A program made the position numbers and the translations under genes. Below, piece by piece: positions 1 to 8,520 of a stretch of DNA of 19,818 bases (the stretch's first letter is position 1; every line of letters starts with the position of its first letter). Below the pieces are notes generated by a model that saw nothing but the letters and a program-made list of their open reading frames with translations, had not been told where the DNA came from and did not search any database. Origin of the DNA: Verrucomicrobiota bacterium. GTDB taxonomy: Bacteria; Verrucomicrobiota; Lentisphaeria; Lentisphaerales; Lentisphaeraceae. Where the stretch lies: positions 1 to 19,818 of the forward strand of contig JBDKFG010000082.1 of assembly GCA_039798785.1 (NCBI GenBank), written 5' to 3'.

Positions 1-710
1 GCTTGAGGAAGCCGCTGCCGGTGACCGTGAGGACGCCGCTGGCGGCGTCATAGGTCGCCGAGCTGATCGCCGGGACCGCGACATTCGCGACGGTGACGGA
101 GCTGGTGGCATCAACACAGAGCACCGCGGCATCGGCTCCGCCGGCCCAGTCCTCGGCGGCGGCGAGGTTGAAGGCGGTGCCGGAGCTGGAGTTCAGGCCG
201 TTCTTGTTGAGGAACTGGTTGACGGCGGCCTTGTCGGTGGCGTTTAAAGTCACCGAGAAACTGGTGCCGGAGCTGATTTCGACCGAGCTGCCGGTGAGGG
301 TGTAGGACTCGCCTTCGCCTTCCAGGCTGAGCTTGGTGACATCGATGTCGTTGGCGGCGCCGGCGAGCTTGAGGAAGCCGCTGCCGGTGACCGTGAGGAC
401 GCCGCTGGCGGCGTCATAGGTCGCCGAGCTGATCGGTTGAATGCGGTGCCGGAAGTCGAGCTGATGCCATTCTTGTTCAGGATGGTGTTGACCGCGGCCT
501 GGTCGGTGGCGGAGAGGACGAGGGTGAAGCTGGTGGCCGAGCTGATGTCGGCGTCGGGGGTGTCGGTGAGGGTGTAGGTGCTGCCGTCTTCGCCGGTGAG
601 GGTGAGGAGGCTGGCATCGATGTCGTTGGCGGCGCCGGCGGCGGCGAGGAACTTGCCGGTGGCGACGAGGGTGCCGGTGGCGGCGTCGTAGGTGGCCGAA
701 TCGATGGTGG
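1..710 (-). repeat. Tandem coding repeat with a 366-nt (122-aa) period
   Basis: Bases 1-69 are identical to 367-435. A more diverged copy (IDSATYDAATGTLVATG...NKNGISSTSGTAFN) lies at ~436-710. Confidence 0.85.
2..433 (-). pseudogene. Out-of-frame continuation of the large surface protein (further ~122-aa repeats), running off the window
   Basis: Manual translation from 433 downward is stop-free: ISSATYDAASGVLTVTGSGFLKLAGAANDIDVTKLSLEGEGESYTLTGSSVEISSGTSFSVTLNATDKAAVNQFLNKNGLNSSSGTAFNLAAAEDWAGGADAAVLCVDATSSVTVANVAVPAISSATYDAASGVLTVTGSGFLK. It is homologous to the repeat at ~436-710 of the main ORF. Confidence 0.85.
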
Positions 711-3438
711 GGGAGACATGCATCTTGAGGGTGTTGCCGACCCATTCGAAGGTGACGCGGGCGCCGGTGGCGTTGCTGCCGAGGACGGGAGTGGGGGTGC
801 CGGAAGTGGAGACAAGGATGTCGTAGGTGCCGGGCTGGGTGACGGCGCCGACATCGACGGTGAAGCCGCTGGCGGCGCTCAGGGTGCTGCAGCTCAGCTT
901 CGATGCGCTGGAGGCGGAGATGGCGTTGACCTTGAGCTTGGAGCTGGCGGCTTCGAAGTTGAGGTTGCCGATGCTGCCGCTGATGGCGCTGCCGCCGGAG
1001 ATGCTGGCGCCAGAGGCGACGCTGTGAGCCGAAGCGTTGGAGCTGCCGGTGACTGCGAGCTCGCCCTCGCTGACGCTGGTGGCGCCGGTATAGGTGTTGG
1101 TGCCGGTGAGAACCATGGTGCCGGCACCGGTCTTGACGAGACCAGAGGCGACGCGCGCGGTGCCGGTGGAGTTCCAGTCATCGACGAAAGCGGTGTCTGC
1201 GGAGAGGTCAGCATTGGCGTCGCCGGTGACATCGGCGACGTTGAAGGTGGTGGTGCCGCCGGCAACGTTGTTGCCGAGCTGGATGTTGGCCAAGGCGTTG
1301 GTAGTGCCGGTGGAAGTGATGGCAGAGGCGGAGCTGCCGCTGACGGTGACCGTGCCCTTGAGCTGGTAGCTGCCGTAATTGCTGTTGAGGCCACCGGTGG
1401 AGCGCAACTCGCCGCCGTTCATGGTCAGGTTGTTCAGGGTGGTGAAGTAAGCGCCATTGCTGACCACGCCTCCGGCGCCGATGGTAAGCAGCACGGGGGT
1501 GGAGGTGAGATAGGTGCCGAAGCTGTCATTGCGGCTGAACAGCAGGGTGCCGCCGTTGTTGATATTGATGGAACCGGCAGCGGTGCCGCCGGTGTAGAGA
1601 GAGCCTGAACCGCTGAGGGCTAGCGTGCCGGCGTTGACATCGGTGGTGCCGGTGAAGGTGTTGCTGCCGGTGAGCGTGAGCGTGCCGCTGCCGGTCTTGA
1701 CGAGGGACAGGGTCCCGCTGCCGTCTTGCACGACGCCGGAGTAGCTGCTCGTGGCATCATTGCCACCGGCTGTCAGGGTGCTGGAAGAGGCTGAGGAGTT
1801 GGTGACTTTGCCGCTGCCGGAGAGGCCATTGATGGTTTCGTTGAAGCCGTTGAGATCGAGCCTACCATTGACGCCCAGGCTGACATTGCCTTTGCCGCTG
1901 CCGTCAGGGATGACGCCCGAAGCACCGATTGTAAGGGTGCCGGCAGTGATGGTCGTATCGCCAGCGAAGTCGTTGGCAGCATTGTTAAGAACAAATCTGT
2001 CATAAGTAACATGGCCTGCCAGAGTGATGCCGCCGCTGCCTGTGATCTTGCCGTTGAAGGCATGAGCGTGATTATGGCTGTTATAATTGTTCGTTCCGAA
2101 TTTTGCGTCCGAGGAAGTGATGATCGTCCCGTTCAATGTATAGGCGCCGCTTCCGGATTCCAAAGTCACCGAAGTGGCACCAGAAGTGCTGTTGATGTCA
2201 AAGTTCTGGTTGATGGTGCCACCTGCAGTGGCGTAGTACCTGCCTGTGTTGTTGATAATCACCGTTTTGTCGGCCCCCAAAAAGTCGCCCCAGCGGAGGA
2301 TGGCACCCCCATCGATGGTGACACCGGCCAGGCCAGAAGGATTGGCGCTGTAGAGGGTCAGGTTGCCGCTGCCGGTCTTGGTGAGGAACAAGGAGCTGCT
2401 GCCGGCCTGGAAGGTGCCGCCGAACGTACTGGAGGCGTTATTGCCACCGACCGTCAAGGTCGCAGCTGAGGCGCCGGAGTTGGTGACCTTGCCGGAACTT
2501 GAAAGGCCGTTGATGGTTTCGCTGAAGCCGTTGAGATCAAGGGTGCCGCTGCTGCCGATGCTGACATTTCCGTTGCCGCTGCCGTCGGGGATGACGCCGG
2601 AGGCGCCGAGCGCGAGCGTGCCGGCCGAAACGGTGGTGTTTCCGGCGTAGGTGCTGGTGCCGGAGAGGACGAGGATCGCGGTGCCGGTCTTGTCGAAGCC
2701 GCCGCTCCCCGAGAGGGATCCGGAAAGGGTGGTGTCCGCGGTGACATTGAAGATGTCGCCAACAAGCAAGACGTAATTGCCTGAGTCAATGCCTCCGGCA
2801 AAGTTATAGGTCGCCAGCAGGTGGTTCCACTCAAAGGCCTGCAGGGCGGCCGCTTCGATGGCACCCTGGGCGATCTCCATCTCCCAGTCGCCGCCGAGAG
2901 CGGCGACGCCGGTGTCGTCGTCGGAGGCGGCGACATCAGCTTGCGTCGCTTCAGCTAGGGCTTGCACGAAGAGGGTGCCGACCTCGCCTTTGCCGACTTC
3001 GCAGCCGTAGATCAGGATGTCGGCGTCCGGCGCGAGGGCGGAGCGCCAGGCGGCCGTCCTCTCGACATTCTCAAGAGCGATCCCGCCGCTGCCCAGATGC
3101 ACCAGCCCGGGGGAACCGTGGGTGATGATGTGCATGGCCGCGACATCGCGCCGTCCTTCCAGCAGTTCGGTGATCTGCTCGATCCCATCACGATCAGGCT
3201 GCAGTACGTGGATTTCAGCGCCGGCCGGGGTTTGAGAGAGGAGCTCCTGCGAGTCTAGCACCGAGGCATCGATGAAGACGAGCTCGCTCGTGGCTGGAAC
3301 TTGGACCGCCGGTTCGGCGACGAGGGCCGCGACGACGGCGGCGCCGTCTTCCTGAGATTCGACGGGGCTGGCCGACATCAGGATCCTTTCTTCGAGGGAT
3401 TCGAATTCCGGCGCGTGTCTCATTTCATCGTGTGTCAT
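250..3438 (-). CDS. Large secreted/surface protein with LEPR-XLL motif, DUF4347 domain, autotransporter-associated beta-strand repeats and ~122-aa C-terminal repeats; frameshifted at 435/436, so the ORF tail below 436 is spurious
   Basis: N-terminal FESLEERILMSA (LEPR-XLL). ELVFIDASV...HIITHGSPG...ADILIYGCEVG...VAASDDDTG...GGDWEME is DUF4347-like. Repeated KTGxGTLxLxGxNTY/FTGxTxVxAGTL passenger repeats. AAGGA SD upstream of ATG 3438. The sequence stops resembling the repeat after SGTAFN at 436. Confidence 0.85.
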   Translation of the reverse strand: MTHDEMRHAPEFESLEERILMSASPVESQEDGAAVVAALVAEPAVQVPATSELVFIDASVLDSQELLSQTPAGAEIHVLQPDRDGIEQITELLEGRRDVAAMHIITHGSPGLVHLGSGGIALENVERTAAWRSALAPDADILIYGCEVGKGEVGTLFVQALAEATQADVAASDDDTGVAALGGDWEMEIAQGAIEAAALQAFEWNHLLATYNFAGGIDSGNYVLLVGDIFNVTADTTLSGSLSGSGGFDKTGTAILVLSGTSTYAGNTTVSAGTLALGASGVIPDGSGNGNVSIGSSGTLDLNGFSETINGLSSSGKVTNSGASAATLTVGGNNASSTFGGTFQAGSSSLFLTKTGSGNLTLYSANPSGLAGVTIDGGAILRWGDFLGADKTVIINNTGRYYATAGGTINQNFDINSTSGATSVTLESGSGAYTLNGTIITSSDAKFGTNNYNSHNHAHAFNGKITGSGGITLAGHVTYDRFVLNNAANDFAGDTTITAGTLTIGASGVIPDGSGKGNVSLGVNGRLDLNGFNETINGLSGSGKVTNSSASSSTLTAGGNDATSSYSGVVQDGSGTLSLVKTGSGTLTLTGSNTFTGTTDVNAGTLALSGSGSLYTGGTAAGSININNGGTLLFSRNDSFGTYLTSTPVLLTIGAGGVVSNGAYFTTLNNLTMNGGELRSTGGLNSNYGSYQLKGTVTVSGSSASAITSTGTTNALANIQLGNNVAGGTTTFNVADVTGDANADLSADTAFVDDWNSTGTARVASGLVKTGAGTMVLTGTNTYTGATSVSEGELAVTGSSNASAHSVASGASISGGSAISGSIGNLNFEAASSKLKVNAISASSASKLSCSTLSAASGFTVDVGAVTQPGTYDILVSTSGTPTPVLGSNATGARVTFEWVGNTLKMHVSPTIDSATYDAATGTLVATGKFLAAAGAANDIDASLLTLTGEDGSTYTLTDTPDADISSATSFTLVLSATDQAAVNTILNKNGISSTSGTAFNRSARRPMTPPAASSRSPAAASSSSPAPPTTSMSPSSAWKAKASPTPSPAARSKSAPAPVSR

Positions 3439-3513
3439 TGTGTATGTCCTTTTTTGTGTTGCTTTGAAAACGGTGTCCGGCGGGGCAAGGAGGCGGCACT
3501 TGCCTGGAGCTGG

Positions 3514-4677
3514 TCAGCGGTGTCGGAGGAGCGCTCCGCCGCCGGAGGGAAGGCTGAGCATGAGCGAGCCGTCCGGCCTGGTCTCAATCGGGATCCATTT
3601 GCCGGCGAGGCTGTCGAACCTCTCGAATCCGGCGGCTTGCTTGAACAAAAGTTTCACATTCCTTTCCTCGGCGTCGAGGGCGCCCGGTTTGATCTCGCGG
3701 TTCACCACGATGACATGGCGCCGCCCTTTCTGGTCGGCGAAGAGGCCGAAACTGAGACGTCCCGCGGCGGCGGTCACTTCAAAGTCGGGGGCGGAGGCAA
3801 GTGATTTTTCCGGGACGGGCTGTGTGTGATAGACTTTCTCGCACCTGAGATTCATGAGCACAGGACCAAGAATCTGCAGTTCGCGGTTGATTGCAGCGAC
3901 ATCATTGCCTGAACGTGTCCGACGGCCATTTTTATCGAAGACCAAGCCCCCGGTGAACCACTGGATGCCTCGAGCTCCGTGAGCAAGCGCCAGCCAGACG
4001 CTATAATTCAGCATGGCCGCGTTGTCAGTCAGATATCCAGCACCGAATTCGCCTTTGGCATAGCGCCAGTCGGCATTTGCCTCGACCCATGAGAAGAGAG
4101 GGACGCTCGCCTTGAGCGCCGCGTGTCGATGTCGATTTAATTCACCGCACAGGAGTTCACGCCGCTCTTTCCCATCAGCAGGAGGAGGACTCCACCATTG
4201 GTAGACATCAAAGCTGAGGAAGCGCGGCTTTACAGTCTTAAAATAATGCTCAAGGTTCTCCCAGCCGGCAAGATTGACATAGGCGGGATGATGAGGATCG
4301 GCCTCGTGAAAGGCTGCAACAAGAGGTGCGACTTCCACGAATTGCTTGGTATTTGGTTCGTCGCGGACGAACCAGCCCCAGACCGCAGGATGCTGCTTGA
4401 GGCTCTTGGCCGTTTCAGCCGTCGAACCAGTGACGATCGAGCGCAATCCATGCCGGGCGCAGAGGTCGAGCTGATCCGCCTTGGTGATCACGGTATTGAA
4501 GCCGGCCTGCACATAGGCAGCAGCCTGGACGTCGTTGACCGGCCCACCCCATGCTGCGATCATAAACCGGTCCTGCCGCCATCCGCCCTCGGACGCCAGC
4601 TCTCCGTTAGTGCTGCATGATGCAACGCTGACAGATAGCGAAATAGTGCCGATAAGCCATTGGAGAATTTTACTCAT
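3514..4677 (-). CDS. Putative lipoprotein with a clan GH-A-like (beta/alpha)8 glycoside hydrolase fold (GH42-like)
   Basis: Hydrophobic N-terminus ending in lipobox-like VASC. Motifs AGFNTV, HPAVWGWFVRDEP (DEP acid/base-like), PAYVNL, SFDVY and LAHGARGIQWF, followed by a beta-rich C-terminal domain. Confidence 0.6.
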   Translation of the reverse strand: MSKILQWLIGTISLSVSVASCSTNGELASEGGWRQDRFMIAAWGGPVNDVQAAAYVQAGFNTVITKADQLDLCARHGLRSIVTGSTAETAKSLKQHPAVWGWFVRDEPNTKQFVEVAPLVAAFHEADPHHPAYVNLAGWENLEHYFKTVKPRFLSFDVYQWWSPPPADGKERRELLCGELNRHRHAALKASVPLFSWVEANADWRYAKGEFGAGYLTDNAAMLNYSVWLALAHGARGIQWFTGGLVFDKNGRRTRSGNDVAAINRELQILGPVLMNLRCEKVYHTQPVPEKSLASAPDFEVTAAAGRLSFGLFADQKGRRHVIVVNREIKPGALDAEERNVKLLFKQAAGFERFDSLAGKWIPIETRPDGSLMLSLPSGGGALLRHR

Positions 4678-4740
4678 ATTCTAGTTTTCACATTTATTGC
4701 GGTTAATAAATAAACCTTTCTTACTTTTCAAGTTTTTTCA

Positions 4741-6291
4741 TCACAGTACAATTTCCTCATCTATTTTCGGCGCGATTATTTTAGCATCATTTTTATTTTC
4801 TTCTCGTCCCTTTGATGAAGGAAGAAATCTGTAGTAAACCGACAGCATTAAAAGAGAAAAAGTTGTTGCATGTATTTTTTGTGTCAAATCATCATAATCA
4901 CCCCAAAAAGAACCAGGATATGTCCAATAACCCTCAGGTTTCTGATTTTTTCTCAACATGGGTTCAAATTTTTTTCTCCACGCACTCCATGTGGATCCTC
5001 CTTCTTGAAATGCGGCATAAGTTCCGTAATACCAAGAATACATTGCATTTTGAGGTGGGTTATTCCAGTCAACTTGCTTGATATCCTCTTCTGTCAGCAA
5101 CTTCCATGTTGGGATTAGCTCAGGTATAGGACGGCCATTTTTTTCCCAAGCTTCATCAAATAATTGCAAGCACAGAACACCTACACCCCTCAAGGCTCCA
5201 TTCTTTCTATTGCTATTGGGTGTATAAGGAAACCCTGCTGCCGCGAATTTTTTTAGGTTCACAACTGATTTATTGATCGCCTCTTTCAATCCTTTCTCCT
5301 GACATCCGGCGGCTTTTGCTGCCTTTAATGCTTGAAAGTTCCATCCTCCAAAGGATAGATCGTCGCCAGCAACTCCTTCGACCGTCCCGGCTTTATTTTT
5401 CGAATATTCGTAGTAGAATCCACCAGAATCGCGTTGACCATCAATAATTCTACGAACATTAGCGTTCATCGCTTCTTCAATAGCATAGTTTCCAGTCATA
5501 GCGTAAGCTTCACACAATGCATAAGTTTTAATCGAATGAGAATACTCATGCCCGTCAGCATGGGCTCTTGATCCAGACTTCGAATTAATTAGAAACGAAA
5601 TCGCGCGATCCACAGTTTTACCGTAATTCTTTGACGTTGGGGTTTCTCCATTGGCAAGAAAACACAGAAGTGCTAAACCTGTGAAAGCATCCTGAGCGCC
5701 GGTCCCCCAAGAGCCGTTAGGATTTTGGACTTTTGCCAACCATTTCAACCCTTTATCACTGTTAGTTACAGACTTTACTGAACCTCCGAATTTGTTTATC
5801 ATGCCAGCTCGGCCAGCGGCGCTGCGGCCACCAAACATTTTGCTTGAAGTAGTAGGAGATACACTCGATTTCACGTCGGCTACCAAATCTAACTGGGCGC
5901 TGTCATTGGTTGAGGGGGTGCTATCATCTATAGATTCCACGCCACTAGAGTTGGCCAAATCATTGACTGCTGTTGACGTGACGGCAGTGTCATTTGATTC
6001 TGTCGGAACATCTGGCGGAGTCACGGCGTCTGGTGGTGGCGGTGGTGGCGGCGGTGGCGGCGGCGGTACTTTTTCTACTTGAGTAGTAATTGCTACAGCA
6101 GGGAGCTGTTCTCGATCTGCTCCTTTCAGGAACATGGCAGCACAGATCAAAAGAATTATGTGAGCAGTTGTGGAAACTGTGGGCCCAAGAAGGCTTTCCC
6201 GTAGTTTCCGTTTGCGATATTCCTCCATGATGACAAACAACTCATCGTCACTTAACACGCTGATGCGCGGAGAGATTTGATGATCAGACAT
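4741..6291 (-). CDS. Membrane-anchored prenyltransferase/squalene oxidase repeat (terpene cyclase-like alpha/alpha barrel) protein
   Basis: QW-like repeats WLAKVQNPNGSWG, IIDGQRDSGGFYY and LRKNQKPEGYW. Also TGLALLCFLANG and GDDLSFGGWNFQALKAA. N-terminal TM helix plus a 12-Pro run. AAGGAG SD 6 nt upstream of the ATG. No squalene-hopene cyclase DxDD motif seen. Confidence 0.8.
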   Translation of the reverse strand: MSDHQISPRISVLSDDELFVIMEEYRKRKLRESLLGPTVSTTAHIILLICAAMFLKGADREQLPAVAITTQVEKVPPPPPPPPPPPPDAVTPPDVPTESNDTAVTSTAVNDLANSSGVESIDDSTPSTNDSAQLDLVADVKSSVSPTTSSKMFGGRSAAGRAGMINKFGGSVKSVTNSDKGLKWLAKVQNPNGSWGTGAQDAFTGLALLCFLANGETPTSKNYGKTVDRAISFLINSKSGSRAHADGHEYSHSIKTYALCEAYAMTGNYAIEEAMNANVRRIIDGQRDSGGFYYEYSKNKAGTVEGVAGDDLSFGGWNFQALKAAKAAGCQEKGLKEAINKSVVNLKKFAAAGFPYTPNSNRKNGALRGVGVLCLQLFDEAWEKNGRPIPELIPTWKLLTEEDIKQVDWNNPPQNAMYSWYYGTYAAFQEGGSTWSAWRKKFEPMLRKNQKPEGYWTYPGSFWGDYDDLTQKIHATTFSLLMLSVYYRFLPSSKGREENKNDAKIIAPKIDEEIVL

Positions 6292-6865
6292 GACATGCTC
6301 CTTAGGTTCTCAGTTCATTTGAGCACCTGCGAGCGGTGCCTTCCACCTCCTTAAACGTCACCCATATGATAGGAATGACAACACCTGAGCAAAAACTCAC
6401 CCTCCTCTCAAAAATAACACGCAGGAAATGTGCCTATAAAGAGAATTAGCTCCGGCAAATCCCTTCCGTCCCTCTTCTTGAGAGAGATTGACGGGGACAT
6501 CAGCATCGCGACGGATCGATGCTGGGATCGCCCAAGTTGAAGTCCCTGCAGGAAGCGGGCTGAGCGAGCTGCGGCAGGAATCAGAAAATCAGAGCCAGAT
6601 GGGCTGAGTCAGGCTTTCTCCACGTCCAACTTCATATCAGACTAGGCTTGGTGGCGCGACGCAGGAGATTGCTCCGCCATGCATCACCATTGACCAGAAA
6701 ATTATGCGCCTAGCCGGAGGCCGCAGGCGTGGAGGGAACCTCAAGCCTCACGTCTCCTCATCTTCTCCCGAGATCCTGTCACACTTGGCCGCCCCAGCAG
6801 CCAGGAGGCGATTATGCTTCGCCCGCCCCTTGACAGGTCCCGGAAGTGAGTGTTATTTGACAATG

Positions 6866-6891
6866 TAGAAACAACTTTTCTAGGTAGAAAA
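6866..6891 (+). promoter_or_regulatory. Palindromic candidate IclR operator next to TTGACA boxes
   Basis: TTTTCTA-GG-TAGAAAA (6876-6891) ends 2 nt before the iclR ATG and overlaps TAGAAA-N5-TTTCTA (6866-6882). TTGACA occurs at 6830-6835 and 6857-6862. Confidence 0.5.
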
Positions 6892-6893
6892 CT

Positions 6894-7694
6894 ATGGGGA
6901 AGGCACGGTCGGAGACATCGGCGGGCGAGGACTTCAGTGTCCCCAGCCTGGAGCGCGGCATGGCGATCCTGGAGCTGGTCGGTTCGCGTCCCGAAGGCAT
7001 GGGGTTGGCGCAGATCAGCGAGGCTTTGGAGATCTCGCTGAACAGCGTCTTCCGAATCGCCTCGGCTCTTGAACAACTTGGCTATCTGCGCCGCGACGAG
7101 GCGAAGAAGTTCTTCCTCGCCGGCAAGACCCTCAAGCTCGGCCTGAAGGCCGCCTACGGCCGCCGCGACCTGGTCGAATGCTGCCGCGAACCGCTCGTCG
7201 CCCTGCGCGATGAAGTCAAGGAGTCGGTCGCCCTCGCGGTGCTGCTGCGCGACGAGGGACGCGGCATCATCCTGCATAGCGTTGAAAGCCTCCACTCCTT
7301 CAGTTTCAAGCTCCGCGTCGGCCACCTCTTCGAACTCTATTGCTCCGGCCCGGGCAAGGCCATCCTCGCCGGCCTGCCCGACGCCGAATACGAGCTGCAG
7401 GCCGGACGCTGTGGATTCGCCGTTCTCACCCCCAGCACCCTTAGCAGTCGCAGCGCCCTCGACAAGGAGATGGCCGCCATCCGCAAGGCCGGCTACGCCC
7501 TCGACCGCGCCGAAGCCGTGCCCGGCTGCCACTGCGTCGCCGCCGCCATCACCGACGACTCTGGCTCGGCCGTCGCCGCCATCTGGACCTCCGGCCCCTC
7601 CGACCGCCTCACCAAAGCCCTCTTCCCCCAATTCGGCGCCAAGGTCGCCGCCTGCGCCCAGCTCATCTCCCGCCGCTTGCAAAATCTCGAATGA
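6894..7694 (+). CDS. IclR family transcriptional regulator
   Basis: SVPSLERGMAILELV...GLAQISEALEISLNSVFRIASALEQLGYL winged HTH. LYCSGPGKAILA and IRKAGYALDRAEAVPGCHCVAAAI match the IclR effector domain. 266 aa. Confidence 0.93.
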   Translation: MGKARSETSAGEDFSVPSLERGMAILELVGSRPEGMGLAQISEALEISLNSVFRIASALEQLGYLRRDEAKKFFLAGKTLKLGLKAAYGRRDLVECCREPLVALRDEVKESVALAVLLRDEGRGIILHSVESLHSFSFKLRVGHLFELYCSGPGKAILAGLPDAEYELQAGRCGFAVLTPSTLSSRSALDKEMAAIRKAGYALDRAEAVPGCHCVAAAITDDSGSAVAAIWTSGPSDRLTKALFPQFGAKVAACAQLISRRLQNLE

Positions 7695-7776
7695 ACCCGG
7701 GAACCTCAACCCAGCGCCACGACTCATAGCCATAAACAATCATTTTAAATCAATCTTTAAAACAGGAGACCTGCAA

Positions 7777-8514
7777 ATGCCCAACTACCTTCAAGACAAA
7801 GTCATCGTCATCACCGGCGGCAGCTCGGGTATCGGCCTCGAGACTGCGCGTCAACTGCTCGAACGCGGCGCTCGGGTGGCGATCACCGGGCGCGACGCCA
7901 AGCGCCTGGCGGCGGCGCAGTCCGCGCTCGGCGGTCAGGCCCTGGCGGTGCAGGCCGACGCCTGTTCGCAGGCGGATTGGCAGCGCCTGCTAGACCGCGT
8001 CGAAGCCGAGCTCGGCCCATTGGACATCCTGGTCAACAACCACGGTGCGGCCCTGAAGATCGCGCCGGTGGAGGAGATGGAGGATGCCGACATCCAGGCG
8101 GTGCTGCACACCAATCTCGCCTCCGTGATCTCAGGCTGCCGCGAAGCGGTGCGGCGGATGCGCCCCCGAGGCTGCGGCGCCATCGTCAACGTCTCCAGCG
8201 CCTGCGCCCATCATTCCTGGGCCAACTGGGCGGTCTACACCGCCGCCAAGGCGGGCATGGTCGGCTTCACCCGCTGCCTGCACAAGGAGATGGCGGAATG
8301 GGGCGGCAAGGCGACCAGCTTCGTCCCGGGCGCCGCCCGCACCGGCTTCTGCGAGGCGGCGAAGATCGACGACTCCTGGCAGGAAGGCTTCCCCGAGGCC
8401 GCCGAGTTCGCCCACAGCCTCGTCCACTGCCTCGATGTGCCGCCGAGCTGCGTCATCGAGGAGCTCAACGTATGGGGCACCCGGCAAGTGCGCGAGATGC
8501 TCAATCCCTACTGA
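7777..8514 (+). CDS. Short-chain dehydrogenase/reductase (classical SDR, probably NADP-dependent, YdfG-like C-terminus)
   Basis: AGGAGA SD then ATG at 7777. TGGSSGIG, ILVNNHG, NVSS and YTAAK motifs. Arg in ITGR suggests NADP(H). 245 aa. Confidence 0.92.
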   Translation: MPNYLQDKVIVITGGSSGIGLETARQLLERGARVAITGRDAKRLAAAQSALGGQALAVQADACSQADWQRLLDRVEAELGPLDILVNNHGAALKIAPVEEMEDADIQAVLHTNLASVISGCREAVRRMRPRGCGAIVNVSSACAHHSWANWAVYTAAKAGMVGFTRCLHKEMAEWGGKATSFVPGAARTGFCEAAKIDDSWQEGFPEAAEFAHSLVHCLDVPPSCVIEELNVWGTRQVREMLNPY

Positions 8515-8520
8515 GCACCA

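Noticed and set aside
4741..6291. Squalene-hopene cyclase (shc)
   Set aside because: Only one barrel of ~330 aa follows a TM/Pro linker, and the DxDD catalytic motif is absent.
6777..6805. ECF41-like promoter from TGTCACA at 6777
   Set aside because: No CGTC -10 element at the expected ~16-nt spacing.
7210..7776. 434-aa extended SDR start from the ORF track
   Set aside because: The extension overlaps iclR and is low-complexity S/P/A. An SD plus ATG at 7777 gives a normal SDR.
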